Shown: one piece after another, positions 10,608 through 20,060 of the stretch | How the letters are laid out: every line of letters starts with the position of its first letter | Position numbering within the stretch: the first letter of the stretch is position 1 | Origin: Thermoplasmata archaeon | GTDB lineage: Archaea > Thermoplasmatota > Thermoplasmata > Lutacidiplasmatales > UBA184 | Length of the DNA stretch: 64,000 nt | Reading direction: 5' to 3' | NCBI GenBank assembly: GCA_035532555.1 | Contig: DATKQS010000006.1 | Coordinates: 9,380 to 73,379 of the forward strand | Notes under the pieces: model-generated | What the model saw: only the letters and a program-made list of their open reading frames with translations | Told to the model about the DNA's origin: nothing | The model's database searches: none | Program-made: the position numbers and the translations under genes

Positions 10608-10849
10608 GAGCGCAAACCCATCCGGTCCCGCGGCACCCCGTGCCGCTCGCGCGCACGCCGGCGAGCCTATCGGACACGGACGAAGAGGATGTGGCGCCGT
10701 TCATCGACCGGCCCTGCTACGTGTTCAACCCGCGCCTCCGGCTCACCATGAACGATCGTCGGTGCGAACACTGCGCTCACTACCTTACCCCGCGCTGTCC
10801 ATCCATCGAGGAGTTCCTCGACAACGTGGAAGAGCTCAGCCCGGAGTGA
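10604..10849 (+). CDS. Small Cys-rich hypothetical protein
   Basis: GTGA overlap with lonB; PC...[12 protein letters not shown]; acidic tail; ends just before the nadM SD. Confidence 0.7.
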   Translation: MRAQTHPVPRHPVPLARTPASLSDTDEEDVAPFIDRPCYVFNPRLRLTMNDRRCEHCAHYLTPRCPSIEEFLDNVEELSPE

Positions 10850-10855
10850 GGGTCC

Positions 10856-11398
10856 ATGGCGCGTGGACTCTACATGGGGCGCTTCCAACCGTTCCACCGG
10901 GGCCACCTCGAGACGATCCGCGCCATCCGCGCCGACGAGGCTCGGGAGGACCTGATCGTGGGAGTGGGCAGTGCGCAAGACTCCTACCAGTGGAACAATC
11001 CGTTCACCGCGGGCGAGCGGGTCGAGATGATCGGCCGCGCGCTCGACGAGGCGCGCATCGGCGGCTGCATGCTCGTCCCGATCATCGACATCCACCGCCA
11101 TGCCGAGTGGGTGGCGTATCTCGAGGGGCTGTTGCCCGTCTTCGACCGGATCTACACGAACAATCCTCTGACACGGCTGTTGTTTGAGCAGTCCGGCTAC
11201 ACCGTGACCGACACCCCGCTCATCGAACGCGATCAACTCGAGGGCACGCGCATCCGCGCCCGGATCGCCGAAGGCCAGGACGTCAGCGGAGAGCTCCCTC
11301 CGGCGGTGGTACGGTACCTCGACCAGCTGAACGCACGGGCCCGGCTCGCGCTCTTGCGAGCGGACCGAAACGCGCCGCCCCAGAGCGGTCGCCCATGA
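10856..11398 (+). CDS. nadM: Nicotinamide-nucleotide adenylyltransferase
   Basis: GRFQPFHRGH, GSAQ, NPFTAGER, GTRIR. Confidence 0.93.
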   Translation: MARGLYMGRFQPFHRGHLETIRAIRADEAREDLIVGVGSAQDSYQWNNPFTAGERVEMIGRALDEARIGGCMLVPIIDIHRHAEWVAYLEGLLPVFDRIYTNNPLTRLLFEQSGYTVTDTPLIERDQLEGTRIRARIAEGQDVSGELPPAVVRYLDQLNARARLALLRADRNAPPQSGRP

Positions 11399-12612
11399 GC
11401 CAGGAGCCCTCGCGTCCTCCCCCTCGTCGGGGGTTCGAGCCCCTCCCGGAATGGGTCGGCCCCACCACCCGCCTCATCCACGGCGCCCGTCGACCGGAGC
11501 TGAACGCGGGTGCCGTGGTACCTCCGATCTACCAGACGAGCACCTTCCACTACCCCGCGTCCCACTCCGAGGCGGCCGAGCATGGATCGGTCTACATGTA
11601 CACTCGGAACCTGAACCCAAGCCACGAGGGACCGGCGGAGATCATCCGCCAGCTGGAGGGCGCAGAGACCGCGCGGCTCTTTGGTTCCGGCATGGGAGCG
11701 ATCACCACCACGCTCCTCTCGCTGCTCCAGCCGGGTGACGAGGTCGTGGCGCTCGAGGGCCTCTACGGCGGTTCGCTCGGGATCCTCCGGACCTTGCTAC
11801 CGAAGTTCGGAGTGCGCGTCCGTTGGGTCTCGGAAGAGGCGGCTCACGAGCCCGAGGCGGCGATCGGACCCGCGGCCCGTCTGGTCTTCATTGAGTCCCC
11901 CACCAATCCACTGCTCCGGGTCCATGATATCGCACGCTGGGCGGAGGTCGCGCATCGCGCGGGAGCTCTCCTGCTCGTCGACAATACCTTCGCGACTCCC
12001 ATCAACCAGCGGCCGATTCCCCTGGGCGCCGATCTCGTGGTGCACTCCGTCACGAAGTATCTGGGCGGGCATTCGGACCTCATCGGGGGTGTGCTGGTGG
12101 GCTCGAAGGAACTCGTGGACCCGATCGACCCGAGCGCCAACGTCGGGTCCACTCTGGACCCGTTCGCGGCCTTTCTCCTGGATCGGAGCCTCAAGACCCT
12201 CTCCCTGCGCATGGCCCGCCACAACGAGAACGGCCGGCGGGTCGCGGAGGCACTGGCAACTCATCCCGAGCTCGCCCGGGTCCACTACCCGGGCCGCGCG
12301 AGCCCGGAGGAGGAAGCGATCGCACGGCGACAGATGCAGGGACGCTCGGGCGTCGTCTCGCTTTCCCTCGCCCGGGGCGCCTCGGCGATCCCGAAGTTCC
12401 TCGGTCGGCTCCGATTCGTACATGTGGCCGCGAGCCTCGGCGGCGTCGAGAGCCTCGCGAGCGTCCCGGGCGAGACATCGCACCGGCACCTCTCCGCCGC
12501 CGAGCGACGGGCGCGAGGGATCGATGACGGACTCATCCGGGTCAGCCTCGGGATCGAGGACGCGGAGGACCTGATTCGCGACCTGACCGAGGCGCTCGAT
12601 ACACTCCGCTGA
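11395..12612 (+). CDS. PLP-dependent cystathionine gamma-synthase/lyase family enzyme
   Basis: VVPPIYQTSTF, GSGMGAI, ESPTNP, VDNTFATP, HSVTKYLGGHSD, SLGGVESL. Confidence 0.93.
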   Translation: MSQEPSRPPPRRGFEPLPEWVGPTTRLIHGARRPELNAGAVVPPIYQTSTFHYPASHSEAAEHGSVYMYTRNLNPSHEGPAEIIRQLEGAETARLFGSGMGAITTTLLSLLQPGDEVVALEGLYGGSLGILRTLLPKFGVRVRWVSEEAAHEPEAAIGPAARLVFIESPTNPLLRVHDIARWAEVAHRAGALLLVDNTFATPINQRPIPLGADLVVHSVTKYLGGHSDLIGGVLVGSKELVDPIDPSANVGSTLDPFAAFLLDRSLKTLSLRMARHNENGRRVAEALATHPELARVHYPGRASPEEEAIARRQMQGRSGVVSLSLARGASAIPKFLGRLRFVHVAASLGGVESLASVPGETSHRHLSAAERRARGIDDGLIRVSLGIEDAEDLIRDLTEALDTLR

Positions 12613-12743
12613 GCGAACAATCCCGACAGAGCTTGGACTGGCCCCACGCGACCGAGCGGCCGCTCCGACCTTGTCCCGCGACCGTTCAGTCAGGGGCCCG
12701 ACCAGTAAGATTATAGTCCGAGCCCTTTCGTCGCACAGACGGT

Positions 12744-12817
12744 GCCACCGTAGCTCAGTTTGGCAGAGCGGCTGATTCGTAATCAGCAGGTCGAGGGTTC
12801 AAGTCCCTCCGGTGGCT
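12744..12817 (+). tRNA. tRNA-Thr(CGT)
   Basis: Acceptor GCCACCG/CGGTGGC, anticodon arm GCTGA-TTCGTAA-TCAGC, T arm GAGGG-TTCAAGT-CCCTC; no encoded CCA; TTATA box upstream. Confidence 0.97.
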
Positions 12818-12883
12818 GAAGGCTTACGCTCGGCTCCGTCATCTTTACCTATCTGTGGAATTGCACATCGCGGGAACCCTCCC

Positions 12884-13396
12884 ATGGACATCGACCAAGT
12901 TCTGAGATTGATCGCGATCTCGGCGGGGATCGTCGTCGTTATCGTCATCGTTTTCGAGCTGTTCCTCCGGCTCATCTGCAGGGTAGTCCGCCGGAGCGGG
13001 GGCACCGAGTCCAGCATTCGGACGATCACGGAAGTGATCCGGATCGTCTACGTACTCATCGCGGCCATCGCGGTGGCCTCGTACACTGGGATCGCCAACA
13101 GCCTGACCGTCCTGACCCTGAGCGGAGTCGCCGGTCTGCTCGTCTCTCTGGCCCTCCAGCCGACGCTATCGAACATGATCTCGGGTTACTACCTCATGCG
13201 AGAAGGGCTGATTCGCGTGGGCGATGTCGTCGTCTACAGCCCGGTGAAGGGCCGGGTGATCCGCGTCGCGCTGCGGAACACCTGGATCCTCACGGAGACG
13301 GGGGACGTCGTCGTCGTGGGGAACACGAGCCTGTTCAACGGCCCGCTGATCAACGTCACTCGATCCCCCGGCTTCATCCAGCAGTACCAGCGCTAG
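12884..13396 (+). CDS. Short MscS-family mechanosensitive channel protein
   Basis: Three TM helices, LALQPTLSNMISG, IRVGDVV, GRVIRVALRNT; ends after the middle beta domain. Confidence 0.85.
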   Translation: MDIDQVLRLIAISAGIVVVIVIVFELFLRLICRVVRRSGGTESSIRTITEVIRIVYVLIAAIAVASYTGIANSLTVLTLSGVAGLLVSLALQPTLSNMISGYYLMREGLIRVGDVVVYSPVKGRVIRVALRNTWILTETGDVVVVGNTSLFNGPLINVTRSPGFIQQYQR

Positions 13397-13428
13397 GACC
13401 GCCTGCACCTCCGAGATCGGAGGGTCTG

Positions 13429-13448
13429 GTATTACTATTTTGCAATAC
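13429..13448. promoter_or_regulatory. Inverted repeat GTATTAC-N6-GCAATAC, candidate NikR operator
   Basis: AT-rich imperfect palindrome just upstream of the TATA-like CTTATC of the NiCoT-nikR unit; GTAT/ATAC half-sites resemble NikR sites. Confidence 0.55.
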
Positions 13449-13486
13449 GTCCTAAGGCTTATCTGGCCCCTCCTTTAGGAGAGGTC

Positions 13487-14635
13487 GTGGGAGCAGTTCC
13501 CGCGAGTGCATCTGGCGTCCCGCGCCCCTCCCCGCCTCCGACCCGGGGGGTGCTCGCGCCTCCCCCGCTCAATGGGGAGGAGAAGATCTTCCTCCTAATC
13601 CTGTTCACCGTCATCGCCGTCGTGACGGGGGTCGCGTTCATCCTCCTCGGGGTCGTTGCCAACACCTACTACAGCACCCCGGTGACCTCGAACCTCGCCA
13701 CGGGAAGTGTGACGTTCTTCGGGGCGGGGATCCTCGCCTACACCTTCGGGCTGCGCCACGGAGTGGATGCGGACCACATTGCCGCCATCGACAACACCAC
13801 ACGCAAGCTGATGGCGGACGGGAAGCGCCCGCTCACGGTCGGAACCTGGTTCTCCCTCGGCCACTCGACCATCGTCTTCGTGCTGTCGATCGGGATCGTC
13901 CTCGCGGCCAACTACGTCAACAGCCACATCGGCGCGATCCAGAGCATCGGCCAGATCCTCGGGACGGCGATCTCCGGCGGATTCCTCTACCTCATCGGGA
14001 TCATCAACCTGATCATCGTGGTCGAGGTCTATCGGATCTTCAAGAAGCTTAGAACCGGTCGGATGAACGATGCCGAGCTGGAGGACCACCTCCGGAACCG
14101 CGGCTTCATGAACCGCTACTTCGGAAAGATGTTCAACATCGTCCAGACCCCCCGCCAGGTCTACCCCGTCGGTGTGCTCTTCGGGCTCGGGTTCGACACG
14201 GCGAGCGAGATCTTCCTGCTCGGGACGGTGGCGGTCCTGGGGCTCGCCGGGGCCCCGGTCTACGTCGTCCTCGTGCTGCCGCTGCTGTTCACGTGCGGGA
14301 TGGTCCTGGTGGACACCGCGGACGGAGCCACGATGCGCTACGCCTACGGCTGGGCGTTCCATCGGCCCGTACGGAAGATCTTCTACAACCTCACGGTCAC
14401 GATCATCTCCGTCCTCGTCGCGTTCGTCATCGGGACGGTCGAGCTCCTGCAGGTCTTGGCGATCGAGTTCGGCTGGTCGGGACCGTTCTGGTCCGCGCTG
14501 GTGAATCTCGAGTTCGAGACGCTGGGCTACTTCGTGATCGGCACCTTCGTGGTCACCTGGGCGATCGCCACGGCGATCTATCGGATCAATCGGTACGATT
14601 CGATCGAGGTCGCGACGCCTCCCGAGCCAACCTAA
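13487..14635 (+). CDS. HoxN/HupN/NixA (NiCoT) nickel/cobalt permease
   Basis: GLRHGVDADHIAAIDNTTRKL, FSLGHSTIV, LFGLGFDTASE, DTADG. Confidence 0.95.
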   Translation: MGAVPASASGVPRPSPPPTRGVLAPPPLNGEEKIFLLILFTVIAVVTGVAFILLGVVANTYYSTPVTSNLATGSVTFFGAGILAYTFGLRHGVDADHIAAIDNTTRKLMADGKRPLTVGTWFSLGHSTIVFVLSIGIVLAANYVNSHIGAIQSIGQILGTAISGGFLYLIGIINLIIVVEVYRIFKKLRTGRMNDAELEDHLRNRGFMNRYFGKMFNIVQTPRQVYPVGVLFGLGFDTASEIFLLGTVAVLGLAGAPVYVVLVLPLLFTCGMVLVDTADGATMRYAYGWAFHRPVRKIFYNLTVTIISVLVAFVIGTVELLQVLAIEFGWSGPFWSALVNLEFETLGYFVIGTFVVTWAIATAIYRINRYDSIEVATPPEPT

Positions 14636-14641
14636 AGGTCG

Positions 14642-15160
14642 ATGCCGCGTTCCGCCCCTTCGTTGACGAAGCGCCGCCGGGCCCCGGTCGTTCGCCTGAG
14701 CGCCTCGCTCGAGCCGGAGCTATTGGGCCTATTGGACCGCTGGGTCCAAGAGCGCAATTCGCCCAGCCGTTCGGACGCGATCCGCGCCCTGATCCGAAAG
14801 GAACTGACCGAGGAGAAGCTCGGGGATCCCGAGGCGGACGCCGTCGCCTGCGTCACCCTCCTGTACCGGCACGATGCGCCCAACGTTCTGCGTCGGCTCA
14901 CCGCCGAGGAACATCGCTGGGGGGACCACATCCGATTCTCCGGACACGTCCACCTCCAGGGAGGATCGTGCATGGAGATCCTCGCGTTGCTCGGGAAACG
15001 TCGCGAGGTCATCCAGGCGGCCGAGGACCTTCGGGGGATCAAGGGCGTGGCGTTCGGTGACTACTCCATCACCAGCCCGAGCATCATCGGTGGCCGAACG
15101 GGGCATCGGCACCCCCACGCGGGACCCGGTCCTCGACGCACCCACGCTCCACGGCGGTGA
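14642..15160 (+). CDS. nikR: Nickel-responsive ribbon-helix-helix regulator
   Basis: RLSASL...SRSDAIRALIR RHH domain; Ni ligands EEH...HVH...C retained; His-containing tail. Confidence 0.88.
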   Translation: MPRSAPSLTKRRRAPVVRLSASLEPELLGLLDRWVQERNSPSRSDAIRALIRKELTEEKLGDPEADAVACVTLLYRHDAPNVLRRLTAEEHRWGDHIRFSGHVHLQGGSCMEILALLGKRREVIQAAEDLRGIKGVAFGDYSITSPSIIGGRTGHRHPHAGPGPRRTHAPRR

Positions 15161-15280
15161 CGAGACCACCCGGGGGCTCCTCGCGATGATCCACTCGGCG
15201 GAGCCCAGGGCGACCCGGGCCCGCCGAGCGGGGAGGAGCCACCCCCGCAGGATGCGAGGGACGCGTGATGCGCGGGCGCG

Positions 15281-15748
15281 TCAGCCGCTGACCGTCGCCT
15301 GAACGATGCGGACCGGCGCCTTCGGCCGGTCGTTCGAGTCTCGAGGGACCGCAGCGATCTTTTCTACGACCTGCTGGCCGGAGCGAACGCGGCCGAAGAT
15401 CGCATGGCGGTTGTCCAGCCACGCCGCCGGTCCGAGCGTAATGAAGAACTGACTCCCGCCGGTGTTCGGTCCGGCATTCGCCATGGAGAGGACGCCGGGC
15501 CCGTCGTGACGCAGTTCGCGGTGGAACTCGTCGGGGATGGAGTACCCCGGCCCGCCCGTACCATCTCCCTTCGGGTCCCCTCCCTGGATCATGAACCCCG
15601 GGATCACCCGGTGGAAGGACAGTCCGTCATAGAATCCCTTCTTGACCAGACCGATGAAATTCTCGGCGGTCTTCGGCGCCTTGTCGCGGAACACTTCGAT
15701 GCGGATGTCGCCCATCGTCGTCTGAAACTGTACGGTCGGATTCGCCAT
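15281..15748 (-). CDS. Cyclophilin-type peptidyl-prolyl isomerase
   Basis: APKTAENF, FHRVIPGFMIQGGDP, LSMANAGPNTGGSQFFI. Confidence 0.96.
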   Translation of the reverse strand: MANPTVQFQTTMGDIRIEVFRDKAPKTAENFIGLVKKGFYDGLSFHRVIPGFMIQGGDPKGDGTGGPGYSIPDEFHRELRHDGPGVLSMANAGPNTGGSQFFITLGPAAWLDNRHAIFGRVRSGQQVVEKIAAVPRDSNDRPKAPVRIVQATVSG

Positions 15749-15819
15749 GGTTCTTCCCTCCCCCGTGGGGGCAGAACGCGAGAGCGCGGAGCCGTACTTG
15801 AGGGGCGCGGGAGCGACCG

Positions 15820-16251
15820 CTAGTAGAAGTGCTCGTGGACGAGCAGGAGATAGACCAGGATCACGATCGTCACGATCACCGGGACCGTGAAGAAGGCGGA
15901 GGCGAGCACGCTCCCCGTGATGTTCGCCCGGCTGTTGTAGATCGGGCGGCCCACGTCGAACAGGAAGGAGACGATCAGCACCAAGACCGCGAGCGCGTAG
16001 GCCCACAGTGCCTGGTCCCACAGGCCGAAGGCGACCGCGAGGAGTATCAGTCCGAAGACGAGGGTCACGATCCCCGCGAGGAGGGTCTGACCGAACCACG
16101 TGGCGAACTGGCCGGAGGAGATCGCATGGACGAGGTTCGCCAGGACCACGATGATCCCGCCGACGAACAGGAAGGCTCCGACGATGCCAACCAGGATCGC
16201 GATGACCGCTACGCCGAGGGGCAATCCGGGAGTGCCATATCGGTCGGTCAT
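15820..16251 (-). CDS. Four-TM membrane hypothetical protein
   Basis: Hydrophobic helices, PLGVAVIAIL, GLW...WAY pattern; TTAAG box upstream. Confidence 0.75.
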   Translation of the reverse strand: MTDRYGTPGLPLGVAVIAILVGIVGAFLFVGGIIVVLANLVHAISSGQFATWFGQTLLAGIVTLVFGLILLAVAFGLWDQALWAYALAVLVLIVSFLFDVGRPIYNSRANITGSVLASAFFTVPVIVTIVILVYLLLVHEHFY

Positions 16252-16380
16252 CGAAGGCGGATGCATGCCTGCGAGTCGTACTTAACCTCTCGTTTTTCGC
16301 GCCAGCAAGCCCGTCCTTATCTGGCTGTTCTGCCGTCGCCGGACGCCCCCAGCACCTCACTCGGAGCGCGGAAGGAGTCG

Positions 16381-16923
16381 ATGGAGGATCTCGGTGTGCC
16401 TCGCGGCGTCGCTATCCCCGAAACCCAGGAGGTTCAGGTCCACTTTGACGGCGCCTGCCAGCCTCCTCGAGGAGGGGGCGTCTCCACGTACGGGTTCGTG
16501 GTCGAAGGAGCGGGGCTCTTCTACGAGGAGTGCGGGCTCGCGGTCCCTCCATTCTCCGAGCATGCCACGAACAACGTGGGGGAGTACGTGGGCGCGATCC
16601 GGGCTCTGGAGTGGCTGAGCTCCCGTCGCTTCCGCGGCCGGGTCCTCCTCTTCGGAGACAGTCAGCTCGTGATCCGCCAGATCTCGGGCGAGTACGCCGT
16701 TCGCAAGGAGCACCTCAAGGAGTACCACCGCTGGCTCACGACACTCTCGAAGGGCTTCTCGGAGGTGCGCTTCGAATGGATCCCGAGAACCCAGAACTCG
16801 CGGGCCGATGAACTCTCCAAGCAAGCGCTGGCAGAGCACGCCGCTCAGGCGAGCAAGTCTCGAGCGGGGCGCGGGCTTAGGGAAACGGGGGTCTACGTCA
16901 ATCCGGTCCCGGACGACCTCTGA
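16381..16923 (+). CDS. rnhA: Ribonuclease HI family protein
   Basis: HFDGAC, TNNVGEY, GDSQLVIRQ, WIPRTQNSRADELS; AAGGAG SD. Confidence 0.92.
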   Translation: MEDLGVPRGVAIPETQEVQVHFDGACQPPRGGGVSTYGFVVEGAGLFYEECGLAVPPFSEHATNNVGEYVGAIRALEWLSSRRFRGRVLLFGDSQLVIRQISGEYAVRKEHLKEYHRWLTTLSKGFSEVRFEWIPRTQNSRADELSKQALAEHAAQASKSRAGRGLRETGVYVNPVPDDL

Positions 16924-17142
16924 TCAGACGTAGCGTACGGTGTAGACGAGGGTTCGCCCCTCGGCCGCGGCCTGAGCGCGGGCCGCGTCGAGCGACGTGG
17001 CAACGGTCGCAGCGGCCTCCAGGCTGAGGCGGTGGTGCCCCCGGATCGGGGGCCATGATCGAAGAGGCCCGGAGCGATCGTCCTCGCGCGCCGGTGCGGC
17101 GGTCGGTCGGGAACCCACCCTCGAGCCCATCGAGGTCGCCAT
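16924..17142 (-). CDS. Small hypothetical protein
   Basis: Fills the intergenic gap; TTATCAA box ~28 nt upstream; no recognised domain. Confidence 0.45.
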   Translation of the reverse strand: MATSMGSRVGSRPTAAPAREDDRSGPLRSWPPIRGHHRLSLEAAATVATSLDAARAQAAAEGRTLVYTVRYV

Positions 17143-17261
17143 AGTTCGTTGAGCGTCGACCCCATTCTGCTTGATAAAGACGAAGTTCGACCCGCACCTC
17201 TCGCGCCGGGAGGGGCGCGGCCGGCGACGCCTGATAAGAGCCGGCGGGCCTAGCCGCCGCG

Positions 17262-19001
17262 ATGCCCGCGGCAGGGAACGAGAGCGAGGCGCGCGCGTTC
17301 TTCGATCGAGCGGAGTCCGAACTCCTCGGCCTAGCGATCGAATCGTCGCGCGCCGACTGGGTCTTCAACACATTCATCACCCCCGACACCGAGGAACTCG
17401 CCTCGAGAGCGAGCACGAGGCTCATCGCGGCGACCGTCCAGAGGGCCAAGGAGGCGAATCGGTTCCGAACCGTGTCGCTACCCGGAGATCTCGCCCGGAA
17501 GGCCCAGCTCCTGCGTCTTTCCCTCCCGCTGGTCGCTCCCCCCAACCCGGCGGAGGCGGACGAACTGGTCCGCACCGTAGCCGGGATGCAGACCACGTAC
17601 GCCACGGGACGCCACGCCCCTCCCGGGCGGACGGAAGCGGTGGACCTCCAGGAGCTCTCCCGCATCTTGGGGGAGAGCCGGAACCCGGTCGAGCTCGAGA
17701 ACGTCTGGATCGGCTGGCACGACATCGCTCGGCCGATGCGTCCTCAGTTCACGCGCTACGTCGAGCTGGCCAACCGAGGGGCGCGGGAACTTGATTTCGC
17801 CGACACGGGCGCGATGTGGCGATCGAAGTACGACATGGACCCGGATTCCTTCGCCCGCGAAGCCGACCGGCTCTGGGCTCAGGTGCGGCCGCTGTACCTG
17901 TCCTTGCACGCCTACGTGCGTCGCCGCCTCGTCGAGCGGTACGGTCCCGAGCTCGTCCCGGAGCGCGGCCCGATCCCGGGCCACCTGCTCGGTAACATGT
18001 GGGCCCAGTCCTGGGAGAACCTCTACCCGGATCTCGCTCCCCCGGGCGGCGGAGCGACGTACGACCTGACGAAGATCCTCGAGGGGCGGCACACGAGCCC
18101 GACCGACATGGTCCGCTTCGCGGAGCGGTTCTTCGTCTCCCTGGGCTTCGATCCCCTTCCGAGCACGTTCTGGGAACGGTCGATGTTCGTCCGACCGCGG
18201 GACCGCGAGGTCGTCTGTCACGCGAGCGCCTGGGACGTGGACGCGGTCGATGACCTCCGGATCAAGATGTGCATCGAGATCACGGCGGAGGACTTCCACA
18301 CGATCCACCACGAGCTCGGGCACAACTACTACCAGCGGGCCTACGCCCGGCAGCCGTTCCTGTTCCGGGAGAGCGCGCACGACGGGTTCCACGAGGCCGT
18401 CGGCGACACGATCGGGCTGTCGGTGACCCCCGAGTACCTGGTGCAGGTCGGGCTGTTGGACCGCGCCCCGTCCCCCGAGGGCGACATCGGCCTCCTGCTC
18501 TACACCGCGCTGCAGAAGATCGCGTTCCTCCCGTTCGGGCTCCTGATCGATCGGTGGCGGTGGTGCGTGTTCTCCGGAGAGTACGGCCCGGATTCCTACA
18601 ACCGGACGTGGTGGGAGCTGCGCGAGCGATACCAGGGGATCCGCCCGCCCGTCGTACGCGGCGAGGATGCTTTCGATCCCGGAGCGAAGTTCCACGTTCC
18701 GGCGAACGTGCCGTACATGCGCTACTTCCTCGCCCACATCCTCCAGTTCCAGCTCCATCGGGCGCTCGCCCGGGAGATCGACTGGGCCGGGCCGTTGCAC
18801 CGGTGCTCGATCTACGGACAGCGCAAGGCGGGCAAGCGCCTCCGGGCGATGCTCGAGATGGGCTCGAGCCGAGAGTGGCCGGACGCCCTCGAGGCGATCG
18901 GCGGCGACCGTCGCATGGAGGCCGCCGGACTCCTCGAGTACTTCGCGCCCCTCCAGCGCTGGCTGGACGAGCAGAACCGGGGCCAGCCGGTCGGCTGGTA
19001 A
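17262..19001 (+). CDS. M2 family metallopeptidase (angiotensin-converting-enzyme-like peptidyl-dipeptidase)
   Basis: HLLGNMWAQSW, VVCHASAWD, RIKMC, HHELGH zinc motif, GFHEAVGD, FDPGAKFHVP, PYMRYF. Confidence 0.95.
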   Translation: MPAAGNESEARAFFDRAESELLGLAIESSRADWVFNTFITPDTEELASRASTRLIAATVQRAKEANRFRTVSLPGDLARKAQLLRLSLPLVAPPNPAEADELVRTVAGMQTTYATGRHAPPGRTEAVDLQELSRILGESRNPVELENVWIGWHDIARPMRPQFTRYVELANRGARELDFADTGAMWRSKYDMDPDSFAREADRLWAQVRPLYLSLHAYVRRRLVERYGPELVPERGPIPGHLLGNMWAQSWENLYPDLAPPGGGATYDLTKILEGRHTSPTDMVRFAERFFVSLGFDPLPSTFWERSMFVRPRDREVVCHASAWDVDAVDDLRIKMCIEITAEDFHTIHHELGHNYYQRAYARQPFLFRESAHDGFHEAVGDTIGLSVTPEYLVQVGLLDRAPSPEGDIGLLLYTALQKIAFLPFGLLIDRWRWCVFSGEYGPDSYNRTWWELRERYQGIRPPVVRGEDAFDPGAKFHVPANVPYMRYFLAHILQFQLHRALAREIDWAGPLHRCSIYGQRKAGKRLRAMLEMGSSREWPDALEAIGGDRRMEAAGLLEYFAPLQRWLDEQNRGQPVGW

Positions 19002-19097
19002 CGGGTCGGTACGCACGCAGGATAAACCCGGCACCCCGTCCTCTTCCGTGGTGCGTCTACGGGCTCGGCGGCTCGCTCGCCGGCCGCCGCGGGGACC

Positions 19098-20060
19098 ATG
19101 GTCGCCGGCCTGAGCGATCTCACCTTAGCGACCCTGCCGGTCGGCCTGATCGCGATCGCGATGATCGGGCTCAACCTGTACGTCCTGCATCGACTTCTCC
19201 TCGACCGGCCTCGCCATGCGGTCTCGGCCTTCGTACTGGGCGCGGGAGTCCTGCTCGCCCAGCTCGTCCTTTGGGCCGGGGTGGCCTACTACCTCTTCGT
19301 CCCGACCGTGGGAGGGTTCGTTCTATTCGCCATCGCCGCGCAGTTCATGATGGTCCCGATCGGGATCTGGTTCGTCGCACTGATCCTGAAGCAGTCGCGG
19401 AAAGCGATCGCGCCCGGGAGCGTGCCGATCGCGGTCGGCATCGGGCTGCTCTTGTTCGCGAACGAGTATCTCATGAGCATCGCCTTCCTTCCGCTCGCGC
19501 CGCCGGCGTTCGCGGGGACGATCTGGTTCACGGGGAATCCCGTGGAGTTCCTCGCCGTCCCTCTGGTCACGCTCTGGTATTGCTGGCCGATGGGTGTGAC
19601 CATGGCCGCGCTCCTGTGGTGGACCCGCCTGCCCATGGCCGATGCCCGGGCCGTCGGCGCCCTGACCGCGACCGCATTCGTGGCGCCGTGGATCCCCGAA
19701 TCCCCCCTCGCCGGAGCGCTCGCAACGGCCATCGTGATGGGGATAGGAATGGGACTGCTCCTGCGAGCATCGATCGCCGACCGGCGTCCGAGCGTCTATT
19801 CCGCGCATCTGCGGCTCGGGGCCGCCGCGGCTTTCGTCCTGATGTCCGCCGGCGCGTTCTCTTCGATGCTGGTGGCCTCCGGGCCCTGGCACATCCTCCC
19901 GTTCGCGTGCATTACCTCCGTGGTCATGGTCGGCGAGACCGTCTACCTCGTCCGCAGTCTCCTCGCGCCGATGGGAGAGATTCCTCGGCCGGGCTCGGTG
20001 CTGAGCCCCCGCCCAACGGCCGTCGCGGAACCGCGAGAGCGCCCGGACCTCGGCCTATAG
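19098..20060 (+). CDS. Multi-TM membrane protein, paralogous to the N-terminal membrane domain of 20055-22199
   Basis: About nine hydrophobic segments; YYLFVP, FANEYLMS, WYCWPMGVTM, AFVAP motifs. Confidence 0.8.
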   Translation: MVAGLSDLTLATLPVGLIAIAMIGLNLYVLHRLLLDRPRHAVSAFVLGAGVLLAQLVLWAGVAYYLFVPTVGGFVLFAIAAQFMMVPIGIWFVALILKQSRKAIAPGSVPIAVGIGLLLFANEYLMSIAFLPLAPPAFAGTIWFTGNPVEFLAVPLVTLWYCWPMGVTMAALLWWTRLPMADARAVGALTATAFVAPWIPESPLAGALATAIVMGIGMGLLLRASIADRRPSVYSAHLRLGAAAAFVLMSAGAFSSMLVASGPWHILPFACITSVVMVGETVYLVRSLLAPMGEIPRPGSVLSPRPTAVAEPRERPDLGL

